Below, piece after piece: positions 20,833 through 32,098 of a stretch of DNA of 64,000 nucleotides (positions within the stretch are counted from its first letter, which is position 1; each line of letters starts with the position of its first letter). The stretch lies in the NCBI GenBank assembly GCA_000004985.1, contig GG738845.1; one strand, 5' to 3'. The notes beneath the pieces were generated by a model. It made no database searches and was not told where the DNA came from. It was given only the letters and a program-made list of their open reading frames with translations. The stretch is from Naegleria gruberi (lineage: Eukaryota). The position numbers and the translations under genes were made by a program.

Positions 20833-22004
20833 TTATCTTGATGTATTATTAATAGAATGAGATAGGGATGACACTCTCTTCTTCTTTTCTGTCAAACGTT
20901 TGTCTATTTCTTCGAATAATTGCTTAGACAATCGAGTTGCTTCATGATTTTCGCCAAGAATTTGTTCTCTTAATTTGAAAGCTTTTTGAAAGTAGGTGAG
21001 CGATTGAGGAAGGTTTCTATCCTTAAACAATATGAGTCCCATGTTATGGAGGGCTAAAGCATAATCATAGGTGTTCACTCCCAAATGCTTTTTCCGTATG
21101 GCAATAACTTTGTTTTGAAATTCTATCGCCTTTTTAAATTTTTTTACATCCTTAAGAACTTGAGCCATATTTTCATAGGTAAGGGCTGTAATTGGATGAG
21201 TGTCACCCAATATTTTTTCCCTAATTCGAATAGATTTATCATAATAATCAATGGCATCCTCTAATCTTGATTGGTGATCATAAATTACTCCAATGTTATG
21301 ATAAATATCTGACAAACATAATCTATCGTCTCCAAGAATATCTATATAGGTTGTTGTAGAATAGATACAGTTACATACTTACTTTCAGCTAATTTTTGAG
21401 CTCTCTGAAAGGTTACCAAAGCTTCATCATACTTTTTTTGATTAGTATATATTAAGGCAATATTCACCATTGGTGACACTATTCCAGGGAAGTTTTTTCC
21501 AAATTTAACTTCCAACCTCTGGATACATCTATTGTACAGTTCCAATGCAGATTCATCATCTCCGTTGCCATAATATGAAATTCCCATTGCAAGGAAAATG
21601 TTAGCACACATTTCCGCATCTTCAATTTTTGATTTCATGAAAATATTTAGACAGTCATTGAAACGATCTAGGGCCTCCTCAAATTTACCCTTATCGTATA
21701 GGACCATACCCCTCTCATATTCATTTAAAATCTTTCCAATTTTTTGATCCTCTGGAATCATGTTTGTGGAAGAGTGGGAAGTATCTTTTGTAGTCTCTTT
21801 TCTTTGATAGTAATTTTGAGTTTGGGTGGATGAAGTGTAAGAAGTCGGGATGAGATCATTGTTATTTGATGTTGGCTGAGGTTTTTTAGGTATGACAGCA
21901 CTTTTAGGTCTTTGTTTTAAAGATGATGCTTGTTGGAGTGAGGGATTATTTTGTGGCTCCTGTTGTGGCAGTAGTGGGTTAGAGGAGAAGGAAAACAGTG
22001 ACAT
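20833..22004 (-). CDS. TPR-repeat protein with kinesin-light-chain-like TPR_12 repeats. Two exons 21383..22004 and 20833..21341, with a 41-nt GTAAGT...TAG intron (phase 1).
   Basis: Spliced product ...FQRAQKLAENILGDDRLCLSDIYHNIGVIYDHQSRLEDAIDYYDKSIRIREKILGDTHPITALTYENMAQV...KAFKLREQILGENHEAT. This is the classic ALxIxEkxLGxxHPxxA repeat. Its stop is 2 bp from the COQ2 stop (convergent). Confidence 0.7.
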
Positions 22005-22048
22005 TTTTTTGAGTTATATTTTGGCGGGATTGTAATTTCTAAGGTTTA

Positions 22049-22951
22049 TTAGTAACAAGAGGCATCACTCAATACATCATGGTCATTAACTTTTTTCGAA
22101 ACAATATTATAACTGGAGGCTGATTTTTTCTTCTCATTAAAGTACTTTCTCTTTTTCTTCTCCATCACATATTCTTCATAACCTGGATCACCTTTTCTAA
22201 TCTTTGGTTTGGATTCGAACAGAATCTCTCTTGTGTGAATATATCTAGGCATTTGTTTTGATATTACCATAGCATCTATCATGCATTTGGGAGAAAATCT
22301 CTTTTCATGTAATAACATGTACTTCTCCACACCTAGAATACTTGTGCAATCCATTGATCTATATGTTGTTCGTCTTAATTCATCTGCCTTCTTTATCATC
22401 TTTTGATTATTCTCAATTCTGAATTTTTGTTTGGTTTGTAGTGGTGTTATTGTTTTCTTATCTGAATTACTTCTTTTGATTGTTATTTTAACATTTTCAT
22501 CTCCTTTTGAGGGTGTGACTACCCCCGCTTTTACTAATCCAAATTCTAAACTTGTTATAACAGCTTTTGCAGCAGTCACTTTCTTGGCAGCGTTTCTAAA
22601 CTGTTCAAGGGCTGCTCCTGATTTTTTAGGTTTATCTTCAAAGTCTGCAGTATCAACAACACCCGATCCAACCTCTCCAAAAACATCATCAGTACTTTTT
22701 GATAAATCCTTAATACTAGGTGTTTTTTCCATATCCAACTGTACAAGTTTTCTTGCAATTTCTTTCTTCTCATTTTCAATTTCCTCTTTATATGATTGAT
22801 ATATTACATCTTTTTGAATGGCTCCATACACCTTATTTGCTGATTGTTCTCTTCCCCTTACGGAACTAAGGTTGTTTCCCTCAGCAACAACCAAGTCTCT
22901 GTTCGACTTCATAGGAGAAGAATAATTTAAAGGAGCTTCATCTGTATTCAT
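22049..22951 (-). CDS. Hypothetical 300-aa protein, Lys-rich C-terminus; no confident homology
   Basis: Continuous ORF with ATG and TAA. C-terminal block EKYMLLHEKRFSPKCMIDAMVISKQMPRYIHTREILFESKPKIRKGDPGYEEY looks conserved, but I cannot place it. Confidence 0.5.
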   Translation of the reverse strand: MNTDEAPLNYSSPMKSNRDLVVAEGNNLSSVRGREQSANKVYGAIQKDVIYQSYKEEIENEKKEIARKLVQLDMEKTPSIKDLSKSTDDVFGEVGSGVVDTADFEDKPKKSGAALEQFRNAAKKVTAAKAVITSLEFGLVKAGVVTPSKGDENVKITIKRSNSDKKTITPLQTKQKFRIENNQKMIKKADELRRTTYRSMDCTSILGVEKYMLLHEKRFSPKCMIDAMVISKQMPRYIHTREILFESKPKIRKGDPGYEEYVMEKKKRKYFNEKKKSASSYNIVSKKVNDHDVLSDASCY

Positions 22952-23213
22952 TTTCTCTATTTACAAGTTGGAGGTCCAACAAAACGTTTAATAAAAAATT
23001 TAAGGGTTTAAATTGCTGTAGTTTTTTTAGATGTGGTTTTGCCCAAGCCAAATTTGTTATCATTACGATACCTGCAACATAGTGAGAGTTCGCTGTGTGA
23101 CGAGTTTCCAGATCATCTTTCCATTTCATAAAAAAATTGTCAATTAATATTTTCACTTATCAATTTACATATTATTTATTAGTGTTTTTATTTATTGGAC
23201 AGGTGCTAGTAAT

Positions 23214-25056
23214 ATGGATCCATCCTACAATCAACAAGAATCATCTAGTTTTGATGATAATCATCAAACTCAAACTTATGCATCATCCTCTGAATCTGCA
23301 TCACCACCCGCCAATAGTCTAGGACAAGAGAATGCCCTGTCGGAGAAGCAGCAAAATTATTTCATAAAGACGTCACCAGGTAATATTACTACACTTCCAA
23401 CAGGTGTTGTTAAACAATCTTTAGTGAAAAAATATAGTATGGAGAATAGTAGTGCTCTAAATTCTTCTCTTATCCTTCATGATCAATCACACAAATCAAA
23501 AACATCATTTAAATTTTATTTAAAACCAAAACAAAGAAATTTAAGACATTTACGAGCAATACACGTCAGAAATATTCAAAGCTCGGAAGTTTTGAATAGT
23601 TTTGCTAGTGGACATTTAGAAAAGGAAAATACAAGTAATCAAATTTTCAGAACAGGAATTATTGAACAGTCAATTGTATGTTACTGATGATTTACATTTT
23701 ATTGTTAAACAAATTAGAATCCTTCTTGGAGTTTTGAACTAAATATTAGTAACTTAACAGATGAAAACGAAACAAAATTCATTACAGAACACGAGAGTGA
23801 AATTACTAACTTGGCTGTAAAAATATTTAGTGTACAATCCAATATACAGCATGAATCTTACATCCCTCACCCAAATATTGACCTAGATTTGAGAGAACAA
23901 ATAATTTGTGAGGATAGGTTTAATTTTAACACATTAACATTCATAGGTGTATCAATGAGAGATTTGAATATACCTGATCTCCCAATTAATTGTATATTAT
24001 TAGAATTTGTTGATGGTATATTTATTTCAGAACATGCAGACCTTGCATTGAGGAATCATGGCTCTCTTTCCAATGAAAAAGTATCTAGAAAAAGCTTTAG
24101 AATTGACCATACTTCCCAAGATGTATCACTATTTGATTTACAATTTTCAATTGAAAAACTTTGTGGTATTCAGTTTGCCATTGAAGAATCTCAAAGAAAC
24201 TCTAGATTTATTCAAGATGATGTAAAGAAAGAATTGGAAAGAAGGAAAATTCTGACAGAGTATAAACAAAATATTGAACTCAGAAAAAGTAGGATAAAAC
24301 GATTGAGAGGCGTAATTGAGGAAACAAAAAAATCAATAGAGGAAAGAAAGAAAGAACTTGAAGAAAGGAGAGTTTCGTTAAAAGAAAAACACAAAATTTT
24401 ATTAGAGTCTCAACAGGATTTATTAGATCAAAGATTATCTCTATCACGTGAGCAAACTGGATCTTTGTCAACACAAAAGGAGGAGCTTTCTATATTGGAA
24501 CAAAAATACAAACATAGACAGGCAATGATAGTACAACAATTGAGCAGTATTTATATGATTGGACCTCATCCTCAAAAACAAACTAATGATCTGTACATTA
24601 ATGGATTAACTATTTGTAGAGGAGAGCAACCAAACAATGATGATGAAGCAGCTAGTGCACTTGGTTTTGTTGCTCATTGTGTTAGAATTTTATCCAAGTT
24701 ATTCCAAATACCACTCAAGTATCAAATTTACGCTCTATCTTCCAGAAGTTTTGTGAGTGAGGAGGGTCAAAATGATCAAAATGTTCTGTAAGTACAATTA
24801 CTCTAATTTTTGCGAATAATTTATTATCGTCAGTCTGCCTCTTTTCATGTTAAGAGGAAGTGAAAGACCTAAATACTACAAGGCCATTATTTTACTCAAC
24901 CTTAATTTACAGCATGTAAGTAAAAATGTAATATTATTTTACGATTGAGTTAAAAAGATATTGAAAGTTAAAGGATTTAAGAGAGCGATGAAGAGTGAGC
25001 GAAAGTTCGATGTTTTGGACAACCTCCAATTTTTATTTAAGAATTTACAAAAATAA
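23214..25056 (+). CDS. Coiled-coil protein resembling the UVRAG/Vps38-Atg14 family (PI3K complex subunit). Exons 23214..23675, 23718..24787, 24834..24915, and a tentative 24958..25056.
   Basis: Introns 23676..23717 (GTATGT...TTAG, 42 nt) and 24788..24833 (GTAAGT...GTCAG, 46 nt) restore one frame across the two track ORFs. The central coiled coil (ELERRKILTEYKQNIELRKSRIKRLRGVIEETKKSIEERKKELEERR) is followed by the block LYINGLTICRGE...ASALGFVAHCVRILSKLFQIPLKYQIYALSSRSFV, which is the basis for the tentative UVRAG/Atg14-family assignment. A third intron (24916..24957) and last exon ending TAA at 25054-25056 are inferred; the alternative is read-through to TGA at 24946. Confidence 0.5.
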
Positions 25057-25575
25057 TTTTTAAACTCAATTTAAATAAAGGCATTATGATTAATTACAAG
25101 ACCTGTGGAATATTGAGTTTGGCAAAAATTTAATTTGTATTTGTCGATCGTTTCTTATGGTTAACTTTGTCCAAACTTTGGGATTGTAACTTGTAGGCGT
25201 GACAAAGACTACCTAAACTGTTGGAATCTCCCACTCTACACACTGTTGAAATCAAATGTGGTTTGGAATGTTACTTTATTTGTTTTTTCCTCTTATTTGT
25301 AATAAGTTCAAAAAATCAATTTTGCAAACTCAATAATCACAACATTTGCAAAGTATCAAAAAAAATTCACTGGCAATTTTTCCTATTACGGCCTCATCAC
25401 CTAAGTAACGATCACGTCAATTATTTTTTTATTTTTAATTTAAAATCAAAAAAAATTCTCTAGCAACGCTTGACGTTATTTCAAACAACACCAACTTTTA
25501 GGTCTTCCTCTTGGCATTTGGATAAACTTATTGAGAGGATTAAAAATCGGAATTACAATCTATTTATCTTATAGA

Positions 25576-28500
25576 ATGGATCTTTTACTTCACCTGAATG
25601 CCTATCATACACTGAAAGGCCAAACACAAAATGCGGAAACAGAATCTGCTCTTACCAAAAGACAATTGGAAAGAACAGAAAGAAAGGCTAGGAATGATCA
25701 TTTGGAGTTGGTAAAACAAAAGAAAGGTCTTCAAAATTATATGGAAGAGTTACAAACTAAATATCGATTATTGCAGGAAAAGATTGCAACTCAACAACTG
25801 GAACATAAAGAATTACAATTAGCTTTGGAAAACAAAATTAATAACCTTACCCAAGAATTTCAAGGCAAGGAAGTGCAAATGAATCAAATCATTAAACAAA
25901 AACATCAAGATATTGAAAATTTACAAAGAATGATCAAAACAGAAGAAGAACAGCACAACCAAAAGAAACAACAGCTCGAAAATGAAATATCACAATTAGA
26001 AAATCATGTATCCAATTTGGAAACTACTATTGAAAGTTTGAATAGTAGTCTTTCTGCCTCTCAACACAATTATGAAGATTTAAAGAAATATTCCGAAAAT
26101 CAAATCGAATTGTTAGATCAGGAAAAGAGTCGAATTATTGCTGATATTGAAGAGTTGCAAACTTCCTTCAATAACGAAAGGCAACAACTACTTAGGGAAT
26201 TATCACAGACAGAGCTTCAACTCTCCCAATCGCAACAGGAATATATGGTACTAAGTGAGGAGCGAAATCAACTTATTTCCCAATCTCATACAATTGCTCA
26301 CCTATTAGATGAAGCCAACTCACAAAATTCTACGTTGGCTTCTGACATTTCAAGTGTTAGAAACGAACTTGAACTTGTTACACAAGAAAAGCTTGAATTA
26401 GTTCAAAAACTTTCGGATTCAGAGAAGGTTCAAACAACCTTGAACTCTCAGTTGAATGATTTGAAGAATCAATATGTAGAACTCCAAAAGAAAATTGCTT
26501 CCAAAGAATCAGAATTACAAAAGGCCGAAAATACCCTTTCTGATGTAAGAGAAACACTCTTAAGAAGAGAAAGCGAGATACAGAAAGAAGAAAACGAGTT
26601 GAGAAACAAGGAAAAGGTCTTGAGAGAGGAAATTTCTTCAATGGATGAGAAAATCAATGCTCTCCAAAACCAGATAGATCAAAAAGAAATTGAAAAAACA
26701 AGTTTGAAAGAAAAGTTAGAAAGTGAAATTTCTTCCATCAAGTCACAATTGAATGAAAAAGAACAAGCCATTTCAAAATTAGAAACAGAAAAAGAGCAAT
26801 TATTATCTCAAATGAAGCAGGCAATTGACGACCTAAACATTAAAATTTCCGATCAAGCTGTGCAAATACATCACCAAAAAGAAGAGTATGAAACTATGAA
26901 GGATAATTTTGAGCATTCCACCACAGAGCTAAAAAATACCATATTTCTAAGGGAAGAGGATCTTAGAAAAAGTAATGATTTGAATCAAATAATTGTTGAA
27001 CAATTACAATCTTCAATCCAAAACCTTACCCAAACTGTTTCTCAAAAAGAGATGGATCTTTCAAAGCAAAAAGTGGAGCATGAAAGCACCACTAGTAAGT
27101 TAGAAAAGGAGCTTGAGGATATCAAATTAGCATTAACAAAGAAGGAGAGCGAGCTCTCAAGAAAAGAACAAGAAAATGCCCAACAAATTAGCGAGCTCAA
27201 CAAGAATCTAGATCTTATGAGAAATATTTTGAACAAAAAAGAAGAAGGTCTTCATGAGAAGGAAGAAGAAAACTCATCCTATATCCAAGGTCTTAACAAG
27301 ATTATAGATGATCTTAGAAATACTATTTCCAACAAGGATATAGAATTGAAGAGATTGGAGTCTGAGCATTTAAATGAAATTGATTCTTTAAAGCAAACCA
27401 TTTCTCAATTTCAAAATCAAATCAAATTGTCCAAGGAAACAGATATTGAAAAGGAGGAATTAATTAATCAATTAAGAGTAGAAATCTCCAAGCTATACTC
27501 TGAGAAGGAAAATCTTGCAAACAAGGAAGACTTGAAAACCAAGAAGGAGGAAAACTCATTGAAAGAAAAGCTTGACGAAGCCAACAGAAATGTATCTAGA
27601 ATACAAACACTTTTTGAAAAGGAGCGAGAAGATAAGGTTAAAATTAATAACGAAAAAACCAAACTTGAAAACGACGCCAAGAAGGCCATTTCGTTATTGA
27701 ACAGTCTCAACAATAACCAAAATCAAAGTCTCAACCTTAAGGTTACACAGCAAATGACAGCCTACGAAGAAAAGTTACAAGAACTCTCAAAAACAATTTA
27801 TTCTCTTCAAAATAACTACAAGAATAATCTTAACAAGTTGACCCAAGATAAGATTAAACTAGAAACTGATTTGAAGAAGGCTCTCTCCACAGCCCAAAAT
27901 ACCATTCCAACTCATGAAATTCCTTCTGTGCATATTCACAATCCTATTGGTACTCCTATTTCAAGAAATTCCATTAATGAGATTCCAAGCACAGAAACAC
28001 CAACTAACAAGCAAATATCCACTCCTGTTACTCCTCAAACCAACACAAACGTGTCCACGCCAACATCTGTTGCTACACCACCAGTTGCACTCTCACCAGC
28101 TCTTCAATTCCTTTTGCGAATGAAACAAGAAGGATTTAAGCTTGAAGATCAACCATACTATGCTGAATTAATGGAGTCAATGAAAGGTAAATCAGTTATG
28201 GCACTCTTTAGAAGAGCCCAACAAGCAATCCCTGGTGATTTGGACTCTAAACAATTATACTACTTTACTGAAAAGGCTGTATCCAAATGGATAAGTACAA
28301 TCTGCAAGGAGGATTACAATTCTACTTTGACTTTTTATGATAACTTGAGAGATGGTATTTTATTGTGTAAAATTGTAAATAGTAATATTTTCCCTGAATT
28401 CTACTCCGGTGCTGGTGGCTCACAAGTGTGTAACTCTAAAACTCCAATTAACAAGTCGGTAGAATTAGAGAACGTTAATCAATACCTCAAGTTTTGTGGT

Positions 28501-28995
28501 ATTTTGAATGTGAAACCAATATTTACCTATGACCAACTTTGTAAGACAACAACAAGTGCTCCTGAAAAACAAATAATTCTGCAAAACCTCTGCATGCTCT
28601 TTGAATTGAGTATGGTATGCCAACAAAACAAGAAGAGAAAGTTTGAATTTATGGAAATTTTAAAGAAAAACCTCTCCAACAACCAACAAGCTCCAAACAC
28701 TACACCATCTAGGACATCATTAGGTTCAACACCAACCAATAATAGTACACCTTCCTTAGTTCCAAACCCATCAACACCACAAATTTCAGAGCAAGACATT
28801 ACCGATGATAAGAGAAAGGCAAGATTTAGCTTGAGCCCTGGCTCATTTACTGGTATCAAAGACGGCCTCAAAGATGCATTGTTTAAGGGACTGAATAAGA
28901 AGGTACTTCAAGGTAAGGATGTAAAACCACTAATGGACGATGAAGAACCAAATTCCCAACAAAAATCTGCATCAGCAGATGACTACTTTAATTAA
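25576..28995 (+). CDS. Large (1140 aa) coiled-coil protein with a C-terminal calponin-homology (CH) domain, a cytospin/SPECC1-like architecture
   Basis: More than 800 aa of heptad repeats (LQ..L..K...LE...). A Pro/Thr-rich linker follows, then ...FTEKAVSKWISTICKEDYNSTLTFYDNLRDGILLCKIVN...QYLKFCGILNVKPIFTYDQLCK, matching the CH-domain pattern (KWiN...i.dl..dl.DG..L..L). First ATG is at 25576; the track start at 25531 is TTG. The acceptor-like cttatag just before the ATG hints at a 5' UTR intron. Confidence 0.75.
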   Translation: MDLLLHLNAYHTLKGQTQNAETESALTKRQLERTERKARNDHLELVKQKKGLQNYMEELQTKYRLLQEKIATQQLEHKELQLALENKINNLTQEFQGKEVQMNQIIKQKHQDIENLQRMIKTEEEQHNQKKQQLENEISQLENHVSNLETTIESLNSSLSASQHNYEDLKKYSENQIELLDQEKSRIIADIEELQTSFNNERQQLLRELSQTELQLSQSQQEYMVLSEERNQLISQSHTIAHLLDEANSQNSTLASDISSVRNELELVTQEKLELVQKLSDSEKVQTTLNSQLNDLKNQYVELQKKIASKESELQKAENTLSDVRETLLRRESEIQKEENELRNKEKVLREEISSMDEKINALQNQIDQKEIEKTSLKEKLESEISSIKSQLNEKEQAISKLETEKEQLLSQMKQAIDDLNIKISDQAVQIHHQKEEYETMKDNFEHSTTELKNTIFLREEDLRKSNDLNQIIVEQLQSSIQNLTQTVSQKEMDLSKQKVEHESTTSKLEKELEDIKLALTKKESELSRKEQENAQQISELNKNLDLMRNILNKKEEGLHEKEEENSSYIQGLNKIIDDLRNTISNKDIELKRLESEHLNEIDSLKQTISQFQNQIKLSKETDIEKEELINQLRVEISKLYSEKENLANKEDLKTKKEENSLKEKLDEANRNVSRIQTLFEKEREDKVKINNEKTKLENDAKKAISLLNSLNNNQNQSLNLKVTQQMTAYEEKLQELSKTIYSLQNNYKNNLNKLTQDKIKLETDLKKALSTAQNTIPTHEIPSVHIHNPIGTPISRNSINEIPSTETPTNKQISTPVTPQTNTNVSTPTSVATPPVALSPALQFLLRMKQEGFKLEDQPYYAELMESMKGKSVMALFRRAQQAIPGDLDSKQLYYFTEKAVSKWISTICKEDYNSTLTFYDNLRDGILLCKIVNSNIFPEFYSGAGGSQVCNSKTPINKSVELENVNQYLKFCGILNVKPIFTYDQLCKTTTSAPEKQIILQNLCMLFELSMVCQQNKKRKFEFMEILKKNLSNNQQAPNTTPSRTSLGSTPTNNSTPSLVPNPSTPQISEQDITDDKRKARFSLSPGSFTGIKDGLKDALFKGLNKKVLQGKDVKPLMDDEEPNSQQKSASADDYFN

Positions 28996-29069
28996 CATTA
29001 CAATAAACATTTTGAGAGTGATTTAATTTTTTGAATTTATATACCTAGGTTTTATAGAATATTTATTGT

Positions 29070-31428
29070 TTACAAATTGTTTAAAATATCATCGAAGCTG
29101 TCTTCCAAGTTTCTTCCAAAGTTGGGCACTTCAGTTGTAGCAGATGATTGTGGAATATTCTCATTAGGTATGTTAATAAATATTGGTTGTTGTTGGTTAC
29201 TGTTTACAGCTTCTCCATTGTTGTTGTGGAACAGGCTGTAAATAGATGACAAATGTTCCTGGGATAGGAAACTCTTGTCAAAGTTGATTTTTCCATCACC
29301 ATTTCGCATGGATTTGAGTCGTTCTATCTCGTTTACCACAAGCTTTGATACTTCCATCTCCCTTCTTCGTTTAATGGATTCTAAACGGTAAATAATCTGA
29401 GAGTAACGTTTACGAACTCTTCCAAATTGCTTTTCCAAATAATTCATAGCCTTGATATCCTTATCAATCATGGAATAATAATCAACTCCAAACTCAAAGT
29501 TACTTCTAGCTCCACTCTCTATTTCTTCAATGATAGCAATATGTACCTGACAAGTAGCTATCACAGAAGACATATACAGTGGAGATGCAAACCCAATAGA
29601 AATTTCATTAGAAAAAATTTCTGCAATTCTATTAGCTGCATCTTCCAAGACCTTTCCCTTATAGCCGCATTGTTGAAGTATTAAAACACGAGTACCATTG
29701 ATAAAAGCGTCACAAATTGCTTTTGAAATTTCTTCTTGTTCAGGAGTAAGACTTTTTTGTCTATTGGCTTCGTGTTGTGTTACTAGTTTGGTAATCATAT
29801 CAAATAATGTCAAGTATAGGAATATTGTATCCTGATTGATTGTTTGTGAGGTTATTTGTAATAATTCTGGAGGAACCTTCTTTTTTCCTGTTGTATACTT
29901 GTAAAAGCCAACCAAAAGATTAGCAACATCATGATGACATTGTTTGCTTAGGGATTCTGCATCCACCTCTGCCAACTCATCATAAATTGGTTTCTCACTG
30001 CATACACCAATACCTGCTGCCATCTCGGCGATAGACTTGAGATATCGTAGATTTTGCTGTCCTAGTGAAAATTTTTCCTTCAACTGAGAGAAATAATAGT
30101 CCACAAAGCTCAAATAAAATACTGCGTCTGCATCGTTTCCCTCTCCTGAGCAATAAATTGAAAGATTGCAATATGTACATGCTGTTAAGAAAGATCTCCA
30201 TTGATCAAATACACTAGAAAGCATTGCTCTTGTTTTTTCGTATGCTCTTTCAGATTCTTCTTTGAATCCTCTTCTTTGACACATAAGCATGTGGATACTA
30301 TACAGAAAACAATTTGCTTCCGCACTACGTTTTTCAGAGAAGAAAATTTGTTCAACTGATCGTTGATCAATGAGTGGCATTGATGTGGATCTGTAATAGT
30401 CATCAACTGTTAATCTTTTCATTAGTTGTTTGTTTAAATCTCTGCTCATCCTTATTAATGCCATTAAACTTTCATTATTAAAATCGACGTGTGGCATTTG
30501 TGAGAAGCCTGCCATATCAATTTCTGTTTCATTCATCATGATTGGGTTAGTAGTGGAGCTAGAGGCAACCCGACTCAATTGCTAGTATGAAATTAGGTCA
30601 ATTAAAATGTAAAATTGGTATCACTTACAGTTTCTGTTTGTTGTTGTTTTAAATTTTGTTGTTGATTGAAAAACCACCCAGTCATGTCACCAGAATTTTG
30701 AGGGAATTCGTCCATTTGGAAATTTTGGTTGGCTGTGCTGATCATAGTTGAAGTTGACTCTGGAAATGTAGGAACTCTATTACCATTCATTTCGCTCTCA
30801 TCATCTTCAGTAGATTGACCATTCTTATTCTTAGTGCTTGGCCTCCCTCTTTTTTTTGGTTTGCGATACTAGTGAGAGTAAAGATTGATAGGAATAAGTA
30901 TTTGTACTTACCTGACATGTTAGTCCATGTTTTATGCAATATGTACAGTGAGGAAGTTTTTTGTCTAAAAAAGTAATTGTGATTCAAATAGGAAAGATTA
31001 AAAAACGTACCACACTTGATATGTTTCTCTCTACAAGCAGTGCAAGCAATATGAAAGGAGGCTGATGTTAGGGAGGAAAGATCATTATGTTTTTTGAAAG
31101 GATCTTCGGCTGTTGTTGTGTTTGGTGGAGATAGTTTGAGATCATTGTCTGATGTTGGAAAAGGATTCATTAACTCTCCTGATGTTGAAGGTGTAGAAAA
31201 TGAAAAACCATTAATTGGATCATCGTCTTGGAATCCTAAAAGTTGGGTCATCCCTCCCGAAGAGTTTGAAGGAGATGGAAAGTTTGGTTTGGATTTTAAC
31301 GGAGATTGTTGCTCATATGATTCCCAAACGAATTCAACGTTCTTTTTCGCATTTGTTTGTTGTGGTGCAGAACTTTCTGGATAGGGTTGTTTGTTGTGGT
31401 GAGAAATTGTTTTTGATTCTTTAGGCAT
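29070..31428 (-). CDS. Fungal Zn(II)2Cys6 (Gal4-type) transcription factor. Four exons 31011..31428, 30912..30964, 30629..30868 and 29070..30581.
   Basis: Introns of 46 nt (GTACGT...TTAG), 43 nt (GTAAGT...CTAG) and 47 nt (GTAAGT...ACTAG). The spliced product contains CTACREKHIKCDKKLPHCTYCIKHGLTCQ, an exact C-x2-C-x6-C-x6-C-x2-C-x6-C binuclear cluster, followed by a basic linker. The large last exon has the features of a fungal middle-homology region. Confidence 0.8.
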
Positions 31429-32098
31429 GATTTAATGATTTTGAAAATTAGATCGTCAATGATTGACTATTAATACTATTAATACAAAGTTAATGTCCAA
31501 TATTTTCTTCCAATATTGTTGTTACTATTTCCTCACTCTAACGACTATTTTTCAAATATTTTTTCAAGAGGCCTGTGATGATTCTTAGGCATACGAGTAT
31601 TTTTTTCTATTTGTAAAATACGTTTCAAAAGTTAGAGATGATTTAAATCTTTCCTCACTATTAAAACTCTTTTTGATTTCAATTAAAAGCGCTATTTTAT
31701 TAGCAAACAATTGCAATGAAAAGTGTTTGTATGTTAAAAGCTCAATAATATGTTAATTATCAATTAATCTTCCAATCTCTGGTGATTTCCAAAATTGAAA
31801 AATTCGCGATTTATCCATTTGGAATTGAATTACTTGTTGTAAACTGATGACAATTGAATATAAAATAGGGCCATCACCAATATTTAGCCTCTGCTTTCCA
31901 TTGCCTTTTTCATGTTCTAATTTAATTAGGACGTATTTGTGAGCATGATAAAAGTTAGTCTATCTAAGAAATAGATGAAGAGGTAGTAGGTATTGTGCTG
32001 TTTTTTTTTCTATAGGTAGTTCGGTTAATTGTTTTAATTCTGGTGATTTTTTCGATTTTACAACGCAAGAAAGTACTTTGGATTAGTAAGGTTTAAAT

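Noticed and set aside
25221-25463. 80-aa ORF upstream of the CH-domain gene
   Set aside because: Cys/Phe-rich and low-complexity. It sits in the likely 5' UTR or promoter of the downstream gene, with no homology.
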